IMG/VR virus record: IMGVR_UViG_3300030339_000011
Span: 64,001 to 105,164 of that record
Source: a virus
Length of the DNA stretch: 41,164 nucleotides
Reading direction: 5' to 3' (one strand)
Shown in pieces: positions 22,366-33,687 of the stretch. The notes under the pieces were generated by a model. It was not told the origin of the DNA. It saw only the letters and a program-made list of their open reading frames with translations, and searched no databases. Made by a program: the position numbers and the translations under genes. How positions within the stretch are numbered: the first letter of the stretch is position 1; the number at the start of each line of letters is the position of its first letter.

Positions 22366-23929
22366 AAGATACTATAATCCAGTTACAAATACTGTTCTCA
22401 CTGATGCAAACACCACATTTGTATGTTCAATAACTGGCAACAACAATAATCCAGGAACAAGAGAATTTCCAATTGCGACATTGACAAAATTTACATCATT
22501 ATATGATGATAATGCTCGTAATATATTATATAGAGGAGAAACTATTGAAAATCCAGCATCATTTTTTCATGGATATTTAATAGGAGATGGAGAAGATGCA
22601 TATTTAAATGGTAGTTGGACATGTAATTATTATGGATCAAGCATTTTTTATGGTATAAAAATATTACAATTCACTGGACTTGGAGGTATAATAAATTCAA
22701 GTATAAACACAATGTTAATGAGTTCATCAATAGTTGAGAGTAACTTTATTAACAATTACAATAGCTTAGTAGAAGGAGGTTCAAATAATGGAATAAGTAA
22801 TGGATTGAATATTAAAAATAATACAGTATTAAATTTTAAAAATTATTGTAAAATATCAGGTGTCAATTTATTAAATTTCATATTTGTTATTGAAGTAGAT
22901 TTATATAATTATACATCAGTATCAAATATATCAAATTTTCAAATTTTCAAATATTGTTTATTTAGAAAAACAATAATTTGGAAATGGAAAGGTATTATAG
23001 TTCCTATTAACTATGGTACTTATGGTAATATATTGAATGATTATATGACAGATGTAATTTCAGCATGGTATATTTTTTCTAATACCATTGTAGATGCAAC
23101 GGAAAAAGCATACTGTCAGACTATGTTTCCAAATGAAATTACGTCTCCTTTATTTTACATAGATATTAATGGACAAACATGTAAGGTAGTTGAGGATAGA
23201 CCATCTATTGAAGGAAGCAAAAAAATATTTAATAGATACACAAATGACAATCCTATTGATTATTCTTTGTTTTTGAATTCTGAAAACATTGCTTTAACTA
23301 TGAGCGATCAAAAAAACTATGTTGGATGTTACAAAGCAAATGCTGATGTGATAACATTTAACAATGTATTAAATGTGAATTCTGATGGTTCTGACGACTT
23401 AGTTACAATTCCTGATATGCTAGTTTTTAATGGCAATAGTAATTTTACTGTTAGTTCCGCTGATTCAGTTCAGATAAGAAATAGAATTCGTTCTAATGTA
23501 TTTACTTTTAAACGTGGTTTTTCTTTAGCTGGAATGCAAGGACAAGTTAAATCTGGATTAGAAAGTAGATTCTCTTTTGGTAAATTTCAAGCATATAATG
23601 TGACAGATTCTCCATCTTTACCTCAAGAATCATTAGAGATTATTCCATATGACAGTATGACAGAACCTTCATCATTTCCGAGATTTTCAGTTATGTTTAA
23701 TGGTGTGTGTCAAATGTGGTATAACTCAACAACAAATTTACCTATTTTATTTAATGATCTTTTATCATTTGGAATAGTGACTGATAAAAATTTAACTGAG
23801 TACGGAAATTGGGCTGTTACAAATGCTGATTATGAAAGTTTTTTATTAAGCTCATTACCTGGTATAAAACTAAATAACATAAAAATCTATTATGCTAAAG
23901 TAGAAATAAATCTTAATTATTATTTATAA
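22352..23929 (+). CDS. Tailspike-like protein, cassette copy 1 (paralogue of 24135 and 26144)
   Basis: MGIFKRYYNPVTNTVLTDANTTFVC..NPGTREFPIATLTKF (beta-helix cap-like G.T..P..T..KA). Conserved FKYCLFRKT..WKW, NVNSDGSDDLVT..RNR.RSNV, and EIIPYDS..YGNWAVTNAD.ESF blocks shared with 24135 and 26144. Confidence 0.8.
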   Translation: MGIFKRYYNPVTNTVLTDANTTFVCSITGNNNNPGTREFPIATLTKFTSLYDDNARNILYRGETIENPASFFHGYLIGDGEDAYLNGSWTCNYYGSSIFYGIKILQFTGLGGIINSSINTMLMSSSIVESNFINNYNSLVEGGSNNGISNGLNIKNNTVLNFKNYCKISGVNLLNFIFVIEVDLYNYTSVSNISNFQIFKYCLFRKTIIWKWKGIIVPINYGTYGNILNDYMTDVISAWYIFSNTIVDATEKAYCQTMFPNEITSPLFYIDINGQTCKVVEDRPSIEGSKKIFNRYTNDNPIDYSLFLNSENIALTMSDQKNYVGCYKANADVITFNNVLNVNSDGSDDLVTIPDMLVFNGNSNFTVSSADSVQIRNRIRSNVFTFKRGFSLAGMQGQVKSGLESRFSFGKFQAYNVTDSPSLPQESLEIIPYDSMTEPSSFPRFSVMFNGVCQMWYNSTTNLPILFNDLLSFGIVTDKNLTEYGNWAVTNADYESFLLSSLPGIKLNNIKIYYAKVEINLNYYL

Positions 23930-24111
23930 TGGAACGTATTAATAACATATCAATAGATTTTATTTCTTGCACTCAATTTGTTAGCGGTATGCCTGCAGAA
24001 ATATCACTTATCAACATAACAGTTGAAACATTAGTACCAGGTGATATAACATTTTTTGGTATAAGTACAGATCCTGCATTACCAAGTATAATAGAATATC
24101 AATTTAATTAA
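23929..24111 (+). CDS. Micro-protein ending ..SIIEYQFN (cassette component)
   Basis: 60-aa ORF whose ATG overlaps the upstream stop (TAATG). The C-terminal FFGISTDPALPSIIEYQFN is conserved with ORFs 25636 and 27880. Confidence 0.6.
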   Translation: MERINNISIDFISCTQFVSGMPAEISLINITVETLVPGDITFFGISTDPALPSIIEYQFN

Positions 24112-24134
24112 AAATAATAAAAAATATATAATTT

Positions 24135-25646
24135 ATGGGAATATTTAGAATATACTATCATCCAAAAAGTAACATTGTACTAACAAATACAAACACTAAA
24201 TTTGTTAGTACAATAGTTGGATTAAACACTAATCCAGGAACAAGAGAGTTGCCATATGCCACTTTAACCAAGGCTATATCCGCTATGGGTACAGCATCAT
24301 CAATTGTTTTAAGCGGTCCTACAATAGAAAATATATCATCATATGTTGATATAATAGGTGATAATGTATCTGCTGATATTAATGGAATATGTAATGGAAG
24401 TTATACCGCAAATTTATATAATCTTAGAGTATTAGAAGTTACAGGCAATTATGGAGAAGTAAAAAATTGTTTCGTTACTAGAAAAGGATTAGGTTCATAT
24501 GGACAAAATAGTTTTAATTTTGTAGAATCATCATCACGAGCTGCATCTTATTCTAATGGTGATTCTAATACAACATTTTTAAATTTTGATAATTGGACAG
24601 ATTCAACTGGTATGATACAGGATTCTAATATATATGTATCAATGATTGATTTATTTCCAAGAGTAGCATTAAGTTGTTATCCAATATTCAAATATTGTTT
24701 ATTTAGAAAAACAACTGTTTGGAAATGGAATGGAGAAATAATTCCAGATACTGATAATATAAATTCAATACCTGAGTTGTTATCATCATTAACTAATTAT
24801 GCTACTAATACATTATCTGGCACATCTCAAACTTATATGAGGTTATTAATAGACACATCATTTTATTCAGATATATCTATAGGACAAACTAATAAGATTG
24901 TAGATGATTCTATATATCCAATATTTAATAGGTATAATGTTGATGGATCTATATCTGATTATACTCTTAATGTTAATGGAAATAATATTGCTCTTTATAT
25001 GGCTAATCCTACATTACTTGATCATCAGTATGTTGGTTGTTACAAACCTAATATATCTGGTGAGTTTAGTAGTAATCCATTAGTGTTTGGTGATATAAAC
25101 AATGTTAATTCAGATGGTAGTGACGATTTAGTAACAACACCAGATTTATTGATTAGCAACGGAAAAGTTGGATTCTACGCTTCACAAGATTCTATTCAAA
25201 CTAGAAATAGAACAAGAAGTAACGTATTATCATATGCAAGAGGTATGAAACCTGGAGGTGGTCAAGCTCAACTAAAAAGTGGGTTAATAGATAGATTTTA
25301 TTTTGGAAAGAATAGAACATTTACAACATCATCAGTTCCTTGTGAAAGTGTTGAAATTATACCTTATGATTCTTTAACACAAATTAGTTCTTATCCAAGA
25401 TATTCAACACCATTTAATGATATCTGTCAAATTTGGTATCACATAGATGCGAATGTTCCTGTTCTATTTAATGAATTGTCTGAATTAGGTGTAATTTCAG
25501 ATATAAATTTAACTGAATATGGAAATTGGGCAGTAACAAATGCTGATAATGAATCATTTGATTTAAATTTTATAACAGGAGTTACATTAAGACCCCAAGT
25601 TATAGTTTATATTAAAATAGAATTAAATTTAAATTATGCGGAATAA
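24135..25646 (+). CDS. Tailspike-like protein, cassette copy 2
   Basis: MGIFRIYYHPKSNIVLTNTNTKFVSTIVGLNTNPGTRELPYATLTKA. Same conserved blocks as 22352. The first 30 nt are almost identical to 22352. Confidence 0.8.
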   Translation: MGIFRIYYHPKSNIVLTNTNTKFVSTIVGLNTNPGTRELPYATLTKAISAMGTASSIVLSGPTIENISSYVDIIGDNVSADINGICNGSYTANLYNLRVLEVTGNYGEVKNCFVTRKGLGSYGQNSFNFVESSSRAASYSNGDSNTTFLNFDNWTDSTGMIQDSNIYVSMIDLFPRVALSCYPIFKYCLFRKTTVWKWNGEIIPDTDNINSIPELLSSLTNYATNTLSGTSQTYMRLLIDTSFYSDISIGQTNKIVDDSIYPIFNRYNVDGSISDYTLNVNGNNIALYMANPTLLDHQYVGCYKPNISGEFSSNPLVFGDINNVNSDGSDDLVTTPDLLISNGKVGFYASQDSIQTRNRTRSNVLSYARGMKPGGGQAQLKSGLIDRFYFGKNRTFTTSSVPCESVEIIPYDSLTQISSYPRYSTPFNDICQIWYHIDANVPVLFNELSELGVISDINLTEYGNWAVTNADNESFDLNFITGVTLRPQVIVYIKIELNLNYAE

Positions 25647-25857
25647 TAACCTTTCATTGAATTTTTTAGGATTATCAACTAATGCTGCACATGATCATGA
25701 ATTGGGTTTTTTAGGATTATCAACTAGTATTATACATAAACCTGAAATGATGTTTTTAGGTATAAGTGTAGATAAACCTATTATTTGTACTCTTAGTACA
25801 TTTGGACCTAGTTGTGATGTGGCTCCACCAAGTATAATAGAATATCAATTTAATTAA
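25636..25857 (+). CDS. Micro-protein ending ..PPSIIEYQFN with internal FLG(L/I)S(T/V) triple repeat
   Basis: 73-aa ORF overlapping the upstream gene by 11 nt. Its 3' 34 nt are identical to the end of ORF 23929. Confidence 0.6.
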   Translation: MRNNNLSLNFLGLSTNAAHDHELGFLGLSTSIIHKPEMMFLGISVDKPIICTLSTFGPSCDVAPPSIIEYQFN

Positions 25858-25874
25858 AAAAAATATAAAAAAAA

Positions 25875-26141
25875 ATGATACAAATAACAGGCACAACAGA
25901 GTTTGATGAAACCAAACTACTATCTATGCAAAGTTCAGAATTTAAAGAATGGTATAATAAGAATGTTAATATTTTAATTAATGATAAACTAATTCCAGAT
26001 TCTTTAGATATATTTAATAGACCAATTTCTTATACCGTTATATTTGATAAATTTACAATAACAATTTATCCTCAATATATTTATAGTGATCAAAGTAGTT
26101 GGGCTTGCTCAGATTTACAAATAAAAATAAAAATTAATTAA
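25875..26141 (+). CDS. Small MIQIT-protein, second copy
   Basis: Paralogue of 22099, directly upstream of tailspike-like copy 3 (stop and start 3 nt apart). Confidence 0.65.
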   Translation: MIQITGTTEFDETKLLSMQSSEFKEWYNKNVNILINDKLIPDSLDIFNRPISYTVIFDKFTITIYPQYIYSDQSSWACSDLQIKIKIN

Positions 26142-26143
26142 TT

Positions 26144-27856
26144 ATGACAAATTTATTTAAAACACGTTTCGTTCCAAATGATGATGGTACAGATTCAGTC
26201 ACACAAATAACTAATATAAATACTGTATTTGTACATACTTATATTGGAGATGATTTTTCAGGAGATGGTACTCGTGAATATCCATATAAATCTATATTTA
26301 AGGCTAATCAAAAAATTGGAGTAACATATATAATTTTTAGAGGTGTAATAAATGAATATTTTCAATTAAATAATAAAAATTTAATTGGAGATGATATTAA
26401 TCAACAATTATTATTCTTAAATTATAATCCAGTTATATATGAAGGACCATTTTGCAATAATATGACAGTAGATTCCGTGAGTGGATCAGTTAATAGTAGA
26501 GCTTGGTCTCATTCAATAATAAAATCATATAATGTTTCATCATTAAATAATTTTAGTTATTTATTAGTTGAGAATATCGCTCGTGGTTCTTCTAATGATG
26601 GTAGAAGAGACAGGAATATATTACAATCTACTTTTTTAGGAAACGAAATAGGTAGTTGTACAATAAAAAATTGTATTCAAGTATCTGAATATAATTGGAT
26701 TAATACAAGTAATGGAACAAATAAATATGTTGTATTCCCATCAACTTGTATATTTAAATATAATAATATTCCATTAATACAGCCTGAATGGACTAATGAT
26801 TCAAAAACAAATATACAGATAATTAGAAATCTATATTTAGAATCTGGAATGAGCCAGCAAAACTTAGATTCTCTTTTTATGATAGATTCTTTTGGAAATG
26901 AAACTTGTAGAATTATAAAAGAATCAAGAAATGGCGGAACATCAGGCAACATTTTCAATATGTATAATACTGATGGTAGTATATTAGATTATTCTTTAAA
27001 TCCGCAGTCGAATAATGAAGCGTTATATGCATCTGACTTAGGTGGATATGTAGGATGTTTTGGTCCTGCTAATCCTATATTACCTACAGATTTAGATGTT
27101 CAAATTAATGTTAATTCTGATGGTTCTGATGATGTAGTTAATGCAGCTACTTTACTCAGAGGTAATGTTGATAATACTTTTGATTTTAATACAGCATCTG
27201 ATCAAATATGGAATAGAATGAGAAGTCATACCACAATATCTATACCTAACGGTGTTAAATTTAAAGGTAGTCAATCAATGGAAGATGATGGTAGTGCATT
27301 TGGTTATTACTTCGGTAAAAAACAAAATCTATTGGATATTACTATATTAACAACTGGAAGTACTTTAGAAGCCGATACATTATACAAAGTGTGTAATACA
27401 ATTAAGGACGTATTTTCAGCAGTATTATATAATGGTACTCAATATTTACCAGATTATTTTTTCAAAACAGGAACTGATGTTCTAAACTATTCATTGTTAA
27501 ATGAAGGATCTGGTACAATAGTACGTAAAGTGTTGAGCATTCCATTTGAATCAGAAGAAATTATACCTTATGACGACATTAATACTCCTTCTGTTAGCTT
27601 TCCTAAATTTAGCTGTCCTTTTTTCGGAATTGTGTTAATGTTATTTCATAAAATAGGAGATAGAATAGATTTACCTGTGTTATTTAGTGAAATAACAAGT
27701 GATAAAATATCGTATTATAGTGATTATGCAATTACAACTGCAGACAATGAATTTGTTATTTTATCTGCTGATTCTGTTAATTATTATTATAAAATTCCAG
27801 CTATTAAATTTTTTAGAATTGAACTAAATGCTCATTTTGATGAAGATTACGCTTAA
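26144..27856 (+). CDS. Tailspike-like protein, cassette copy 3 (most divergent)
   Basis: ..DGTREYPYKSIFKA.., VNSDGSDDVVNAATLL.., EEIIPYDDINTPSVSFPKFS..DYAITTADNEF share the family blocks. Confidence 0.75.
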   Translation: MTNLFKTRFVPNDDGTDSVTQITNINTVFVHTYIGDDFSGDGTREYPYKSIFKANQKIGVTYIIFRGVINEYFQLNNKNLIGDDINQQLLFLNYNPVIYEGPFCNNMTVDSVSGSVNSRAWSHSIIKSYNVSSLNNFSYLLVENIARGSSNDGRRDRNILQSTFLGNEIGSCTIKNCIQVSEYNWINTSNGTNKYVVFPSTCIFKYNNIPLIQPEWTNDSKTNIQIIRNLYLESGMSQQNLDSLFMIDSFGNETCRIIKESRNGGTSGNIFNMYNTDGSILDYSLNPQSNNEALYASDLGGYVGCFGPANPILPTDLDVQINVNSDGSDDVVNAATLLRGNVDNTFDFNTASDQIWNRMRSHTTISIPNGVKFKGSQSMEDDGSAFGYYFGKKQNLLDITILTTGSTLEADTLYKVCNTIKDVFSAVLYNGTQYLPDYFFKTGTDVLNYSLLNEGSGTIVRKVLSIPFESEEIIPYDDINTPSVSFPKFSCPFFGIVLMLFHKIGDRIDLPVLFSEITSDKISYYSDYAITTADNEFVILSADSVNYYYKIPAIKFFRIELNAHFDEDYA

Positions 27857-27879
27857 TAAAAATAAAATAAAATAAAATA

Positions 27880-28086
27880 ATGACTAAAATAAACAATTTG
27901 AATATATCGTTAGACATGGGTGTTATTCAACCATTAAATAAAGTAGTTGGTAAATTACATACGATGAGTATTAAGTTAGATTATGGTGTTATACCACCTA
28001 AGAATTTTTATAGAGGAAGAATTAATATATTAGGAATTGGATTAACTAATGCAGAACAGAGTGTAATAGAATATCAATTCAATTAA
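27880..28086 (+). CDS. Micro-protein ending ..QSVIEYQFN
   Basis: 68-aa ORF. ILGIGLT..SVIEYQFN is conserved with 23929 and 25636. Hairpin terminator follows. Confidence 0.6.
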   Translation: MTKINNLNISLDMGVIQPLNKVVGKLHTMSIKLDYGVIPPKNFYRGRINILGIGLTNAEQSVIEYQFN

Positions 28087-28090
28087 CATA

Positions 28091-28122
28091 AAAAGAGTAG
28101 ATTTAAAATCTACTCTTTTTTA
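28091..28122 (+). terminator. Hairpin terminator (AAAGAGTAGAT-5 nt-ATCTACTCTTT-TTT)
   Basis: Perfect 11-bp inverted repeat plus T-run after the tailspike cassette block. Confidence 0.65.
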
Positions 28123-28154
28123 TTTTTAATATAAAAAATTAATATATATAATAT

Positions 28155-28442
28155 ATGATTACAAAATTTAAAATATATGAATCAATAAATGAAGGAGAGC
28201 CAGAGAAAGGTGACTTTGTAATTGTTGATATCGAAGATGATACATATTATCAAAAAGGAACAATTGACTTAGTGAATAATGGTATTCATAGATTAATTGA
28301 TATACTATATGAAGCTAACTCTACTTCATATGTTATTGATTTTTCAGGTACTTGGTTCGTAAATAGAAAAAATATAATATATTGGGCAAAAAATTCAAAA
28401 GAATTAGAACCTTTACTACAATCAAACAAATTTAATATATGA
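28155..28442 (+). CDS. Small protein ending ..NKFNI (1 of 3 tandem paralogues), xGDxVxV SH3/KOW-like N-terminus
   Basis: MITKFKIYESINEGEPEKGDFVIVD aligns with ORF 28762. Stop and start overlap (ATGA). Confidence 0.65.
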   Translation: MITKFKIYESINEGEPEKGDFVIVDIEDDTYYQKGTIDLVNNGIHRLIDILYEANSTSYVIDFSGTWFVNRKNIIYWAKNSKELEPLLQSNKFNI

Positions 28443-28765
28443 AATACATAAAACAATTTGAAAGGTTATCTAAATATAAAGTTGGAGATTATATAGTAAT
28501 TGAATATAATTGGAATAGTGGAAATGATATACTATATAATTTGAAAGGATTTATTGATAGCACAATAGGAGTTTTATATGGTGAAGAATACGATAAAAAA
28601 AACTTAGTTATAAGATATGATAATGTACCAGAAGAATTAGTTCAGTTTTTCACAAAGATTGATAGTGGATATATAAAACCATTTTATCATTCTCAAATGG
28701 TTGGTTATTCTGAAAAAAAAGAAGATTTAGAATATTTAATAAATGCAAATAAATTTAATATATGA
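28439..28765 (+). CDS. Small protein ending ..NKFNI (2 of 3)
   Basis: KVGDYIVIEYNW.. and C-terminus LINANKFNI. ATGA overlaps on both sides. Confidence 0.65.
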   Translation: MKYIKQFERLSKYKVGDYIVIEYNWNSGNDILYNLKGFIDSTIGVLYGEEYDKKNLVIRYDNVPEELVQFFTKIDSGYIKPFYHSQMVGYSEKKEDLEYLINANKFNI

Positions 28766-29094
28766 TAACAGGATTTAAACTATACGAATCTTTTAATGAA
28801 GGAGAACCAGAAGTTGGTGATTATGTAATTTGTAATACCAAATATAGTCCTGATTTGAATTTATATCTTAGTAATCAAATAGGAAAAATAATAGGAATTG
28901 ATAATGAAGATAATAGAGTAGAACCTTATCAAGTACATTTCATTAACGTTCCAGATTCTTTAAGAAAATATAAAAATGTTAGAGATTATAAATATTCAAA
29001 TACAATACCATTTTCAAGATTTGAAATAATCAATTGGTCCAAGAACAAAGAAGAATTAAAGAATATATTTGATACTAACAAATTCAACATTTAA
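28762..29094 (+). CDS. Small protein ending ..NKFNI (3 of 3)
   Basis: MITGFKLYESFNEGEPEVGDYVICN.., C-terminus FDTNKFNI. Confidence 0.65.
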   Translation: MITGFKLYESFNEGEPEVGDYVICNTKYSPDLNLYLSNQIGKIIGIDNEDNRVEPYQVHFINVPDSLRKYKNVRDYKYSNTIPFSRFEIINWSKNKEELKNIFDTNKFNI

Positions 29095-29211
29095 TTAAAC
29101 TTTTAAATAAAATAGAGATATAAATTAATGTAGTTAATTTGTGATGATATAAAACATCACGAACTTTGACAAAGCCAAGAAAGCATAGTTGTTCATAAGA
29201 AACAACAAATT

Positions 29212-29243
29212 AAAGAGAGATAATAATTTATCTCTCTTTTTTT
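29212..29243 (+). terminator. Hairpin terminator (AAAGAGAGATA-6 nt-TATCTCTCTTT-TTTT) ending an ORF-free 190-nt region
   Basis: Perfect inverted repeat plus T-run. The upstream 29095-29211 has no ORF but does have a second hairpin (GTGATG-8 nt-CATCAC at 29141-29162). Confidence 0.55.
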
Positions 29244-29281
29244 ATAAATATGTTTTCATATTTGAAATTTAATTAGTATAT

Positions 29282-29653
29282 TTGCACAAAATATATATTA
29301 TGAAGAATTTTTTATTAGTTATGAAGAAAATTTTAGTATTTGTTAAGAAGCAACCAGTTTATGTTTTAATGACTTGGGTTTGTTGTTTAATATCAATTAT
29401 ATTAAATATAATTGCAACATTCACAAATAATAATACAATAAGATTAATTGCATGGCTATTTATCATTATTCAGTTTTCTTTTATATTGATTCAGTTGAAA
29501 GTTTATAAATTTGACAGGGACATAATGAGTGAAGAAAACACTCTTAATATATATAATATTGGAGATATGAATAAATATAAATCAGAATATAATAATAAGT
29601 TAAATTTACTTCAGAGAATAAAAGTTAAGTTTTCTAATAAAAAAATTAAATGA
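29282..29653 (+). CDS. Small membrane protein (two predicted TM helices)
   Basis: Hydrophobic stretches VYVLMTWVCCLISIILNIIATF and IRLIAWLFIIIQFSFILIQL. ATGA overlap with the next gene. Confidence 0.6.
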   Translation: MHKIYIMKNFLLVMKKILVFVKKQPVYVLMTWVCCLISIILNIIATFTNNNTIRLIAWLFIIIQFSFILIQLKVYKFDRDIMSEENTLNIYNIGDMNKYKSEYNNKLNLLQRIKVKFSNKKIK

Positions 29654-30261
29654 TGAAACAAATTGAAGAATATACTGATATAGTTATATTACCTACTATT
29701 GGTAAGTCTTATGTGCATACTGACATAAATAATAATTATTTTGCATCAAAGAGATATCTTGATGTTAAAAATAATAATTTTAATATGTATGTTTTAGATG
29801 ATGAATCTGATGTAGTACCAGGTGATTGGATTTATTCATATTATCCAAGCACAGCCAATATAATAGCAAAGGTTCTAAGATTAGATATAATAGGAAATCA
29901 TGTCGAATATATAGTAGATATTAGAGGTAAAGAGTTTTATTGGGGTAAAGATGATTCAAGTAAAATTATTGGTAGTAGTGATAAAAATATTATAACTAAA
30001 AATAGTATAGTTGAATTAAATCATTTATTTATGTCTGTTTATTTTTTAAGTATTAAAGAAAATAAGAAGAAAGAAGAAGAAAAAATAAAAAAAGAAATTG
30101 ACATAAAAATTTCAAATAAAAATATTGATATCGAATCTGAAAATAATATTCTTAAATATTCTACTACTGATGTATATTATATCATAAAAGATTTGATTAA
30201 TTCATCTCATTACAAGCAAGTAGAATATTTAAGTAAATTTAAAACTGACAATAATATTTGA
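29650..30261 (+). CDS. Hypothetical protein with K/E-rich helical C-terminal half
   Basis: 203-aa ORF, translationally coupled to both neighbours. Confidence 0.55.
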   Translation: MMKQIEEYTDIVILPTIGKSYVHTDINNNYFASKRYLDVKNNNFNMYVLDDESDVVPGDWIYSYYPSTANIIAKVLRLDIIGNHVEYIVDIRGKEFYWGKDDSSKIIGSSDKNIITKNSIVELNHLFMSVYFLSIKENKKKEEEKIKKEIDIKISNKNIDIESENNILKYSTTDVYYIIKDLINSSHYKQVEYLSKFKTDNNI

Positions 30262-30262
30262 T

Positions 30263-30694
30263 ATGTCAACAGATGATTTAAGAAATTGGTTATTAGACAA
30301 ATTGTTGTCATGTTATCCAGTGGTTAGTGAAAATTTATATCATCAAATTTATTGGTATTATGATGAATCTTATATAAGGAAAAATAAATTATTAAAATTG
30401 AATAATATTTCTAATGATGATTTATTAAATCATAAAATAAATGGAGAATGTTTATTCATTCAAGATACAGACAATAAATTCATTTGGTGTGATCATAAAT
30501 ATATTTGGAATTTTTTAGAATCGAATTATAATGAAAATGAGTATAAGATAAATATATTAATTGAGAAAATATTAATCAATAAGAAGGAATTTAATGATTA
30601 TAATTATTTTGGTTATTATGATCATGAGATGAATAAAATTCTATTATTAAAATCATTCAAAGAATTAAAAATAATTGATTATTCAATTAGATAA
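30263..30694 (+). CDS. Second dispersed member of the MSKEELS array family
   Basis: MSTDDLRNWLLDKLLSCYPVV..IYWYYDESYIRKNKLLKLNN..GECLFIQDTDNKFIWCDHKYIWNFLESNY matches the family core, about 19 kb away from the array. Confidence 0.7.
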   Translation: MSTDDLRNWLLDKLLSCYPVVSENLYHQIYWYYDESYIRKNKLLKLNNISNDDLLNHKINGECLFIQDTDNKFIWCDHKYIWNFLESNYNENEYKINILIEKILINKKEFNDYNYFGYYDHEMNKILLLKSFKELKIIDYSIR

Positions 30695-30727
30695 AAAAGA
30701 GAGCAAATAATTTGCTCTCTTTTTTTA
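30694..30727 (+). terminator. Hairpin terminator (AAGAGAGCAAA-TAA-TTTGCTCTCTT-TTTTTT)
   Basis: Near-identical sequence recurs at 32675. Confidence 0.65.
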
Positions 30728-30744
30728 TTCATTTTTTCAATTTT

Positions 30745-32673
<1,929 letters not shown>

Positions 32674-32674
32674 C

Positions 32675-32712
32675 AAAAAAAAAGAGAGCAAATTAATTTG
32701 CTCTCTTTTTTT
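32675..32712. terminator. Bidirectional hairpin terminator (perfect 12-bp palindrome AGAGAGCAAATT/AATTTGCTCTCT flanked by A- and T-runs)
   Basis: Lies between the + fibre gene (ends 32673) and the minus-strand block. Near-identical to 30694. Confidence 0.65.
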
Positions 32713-32736
32713 AATCATTTTTATTTCGAAAAAAAG

Positions 32737-32868
32737 TCAATATCCTTCTTCTTCTTCATTATGATTATTTTTATTATTGTGATCCTCTTTTGTAAGGGAC
32801 CACAAATAAATAAACATTACAATACTACTTACTTCTTGTAATTTTTTTAAATTAAATTCATTGTTCAT
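32737..32868 (-). CDS. Possible 43-aa micro-protein with one hydrophobic helix (below the 60-aa ORF-track cutoff)
   Basis: ATG..TGA ORF MNNEFNLKKLQEVSSIVMFIYLWSLTKEDHNNKNNHNEEEEGY fills the gap between the terminator and ORF 32870 and abuts it, in keeping with the otherwise gap-free minus-strand operon. Confidence 0.3.
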   Translation of the reverse strand: MNNEFNLKKLQEVSSIVMFIYLWSLTKEDHNNKNNHNEEEEGY

Positions 32869-32869
32869 T

Positions 32870-33169
32870 TTATTGTTCTATTAGTTTATCCATTAATTCA
32901 TATGATTTATTAAAGTCTTCAAATATATCATCTATGTCTTCACCAGTTGAAATTCCATCAAGGAAGAACTCAGTTTCAATATTATACTTATAAGATAAAT
33001 GTTTAACAGTTGATACAAAGTCTGGACTATTTGAATATGCAATACCATCTGATTTATCTTTCAAATTTCTAACTAAAAATTCAGCATTTATTACTTCAGT
33101 TAAAGGATGACGTTGTTTATCACACAAATCTTCGATTGTTACTCCACAATATATTTTTAGTTTTTTCAT
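32870..33169 (-). CDS. Hypothetical protein
   Basis: 99-aa acidic ORF with a 4-nt overlap with the upstream gene. Confidence 0.55.
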   Translation of the reverse strand: MKKLKIYCGVTIEDLCDKQRHPLTEVINAEFLVRNLKDKSDGIAYSNSPDFVSTVKHLSYKYNIETEFFLDGISTGEDIDDIFEDFNKSYELMDKLIEQ

Positions 33170-33684
33170 ACTTTTTCTGTTCGTTTAATTTTAAATTTCT
33201 TTAAAAAGTTTCTTCTTTCAAAGTACTCCATGTTTGAAACTTCAGTGTAACATTTCTTTTGTACTTCTTCTGTTAATGTTTTAATATTAATTTTCTTTAT
33301 TTCTTCTGATTTTTCAATTGATTTATTAAACAATTTTTCAGAAAAACTAGAAAGTATTCTATTGATTTGTCTATGTAAAGGTTGATCTAATTTTATATTA
33401 ACTGGGTCAATATAATTATAAGGAGTAGTACGATCATTATAATTACGTTCACGATTATAATCCTCAAAAATAATTTTAATTTTCATTGGATCAATAGAAG
33501 GAGGATTATTTTTTATTTTCATTTTTAACTCGTAAATTTCATTACGTAGTTTTGTTTCTTCCTCCTGATATAATTTTTTTTGTTCTTTTAGTGATAAATC
33601 AAATTCTTTTTTAGCAACATAATAAGGTTCTTTTAGTGCTTCTAAATCTTTGTTTTTTATTAAAACACAATCGTTTTCATTCAT
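33166..33684 (-). CDS. Hypothetical coiled-coil protein
   Basis: 172-aa K/E-rich ORF, operon-coupled. Confidence 0.55.
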   Translation of the reverse strand: MNENDCVLIKNKDLEALKEPYYVAKKEFDLSLKEQKKLYQEEETKLRNEIYELKMKIKNNPPSIDPMKIKIIFEDYNRERNYNDRTTPYNYIDPVNIKLDQPLHRQINRILSSFSEKLFNKSIEKSEEIKKINIKTLTEEVQKKCYTEVSNMEYFERRNFLKKFKIKRTEKV

Positions 33685-33687
33685 AAT

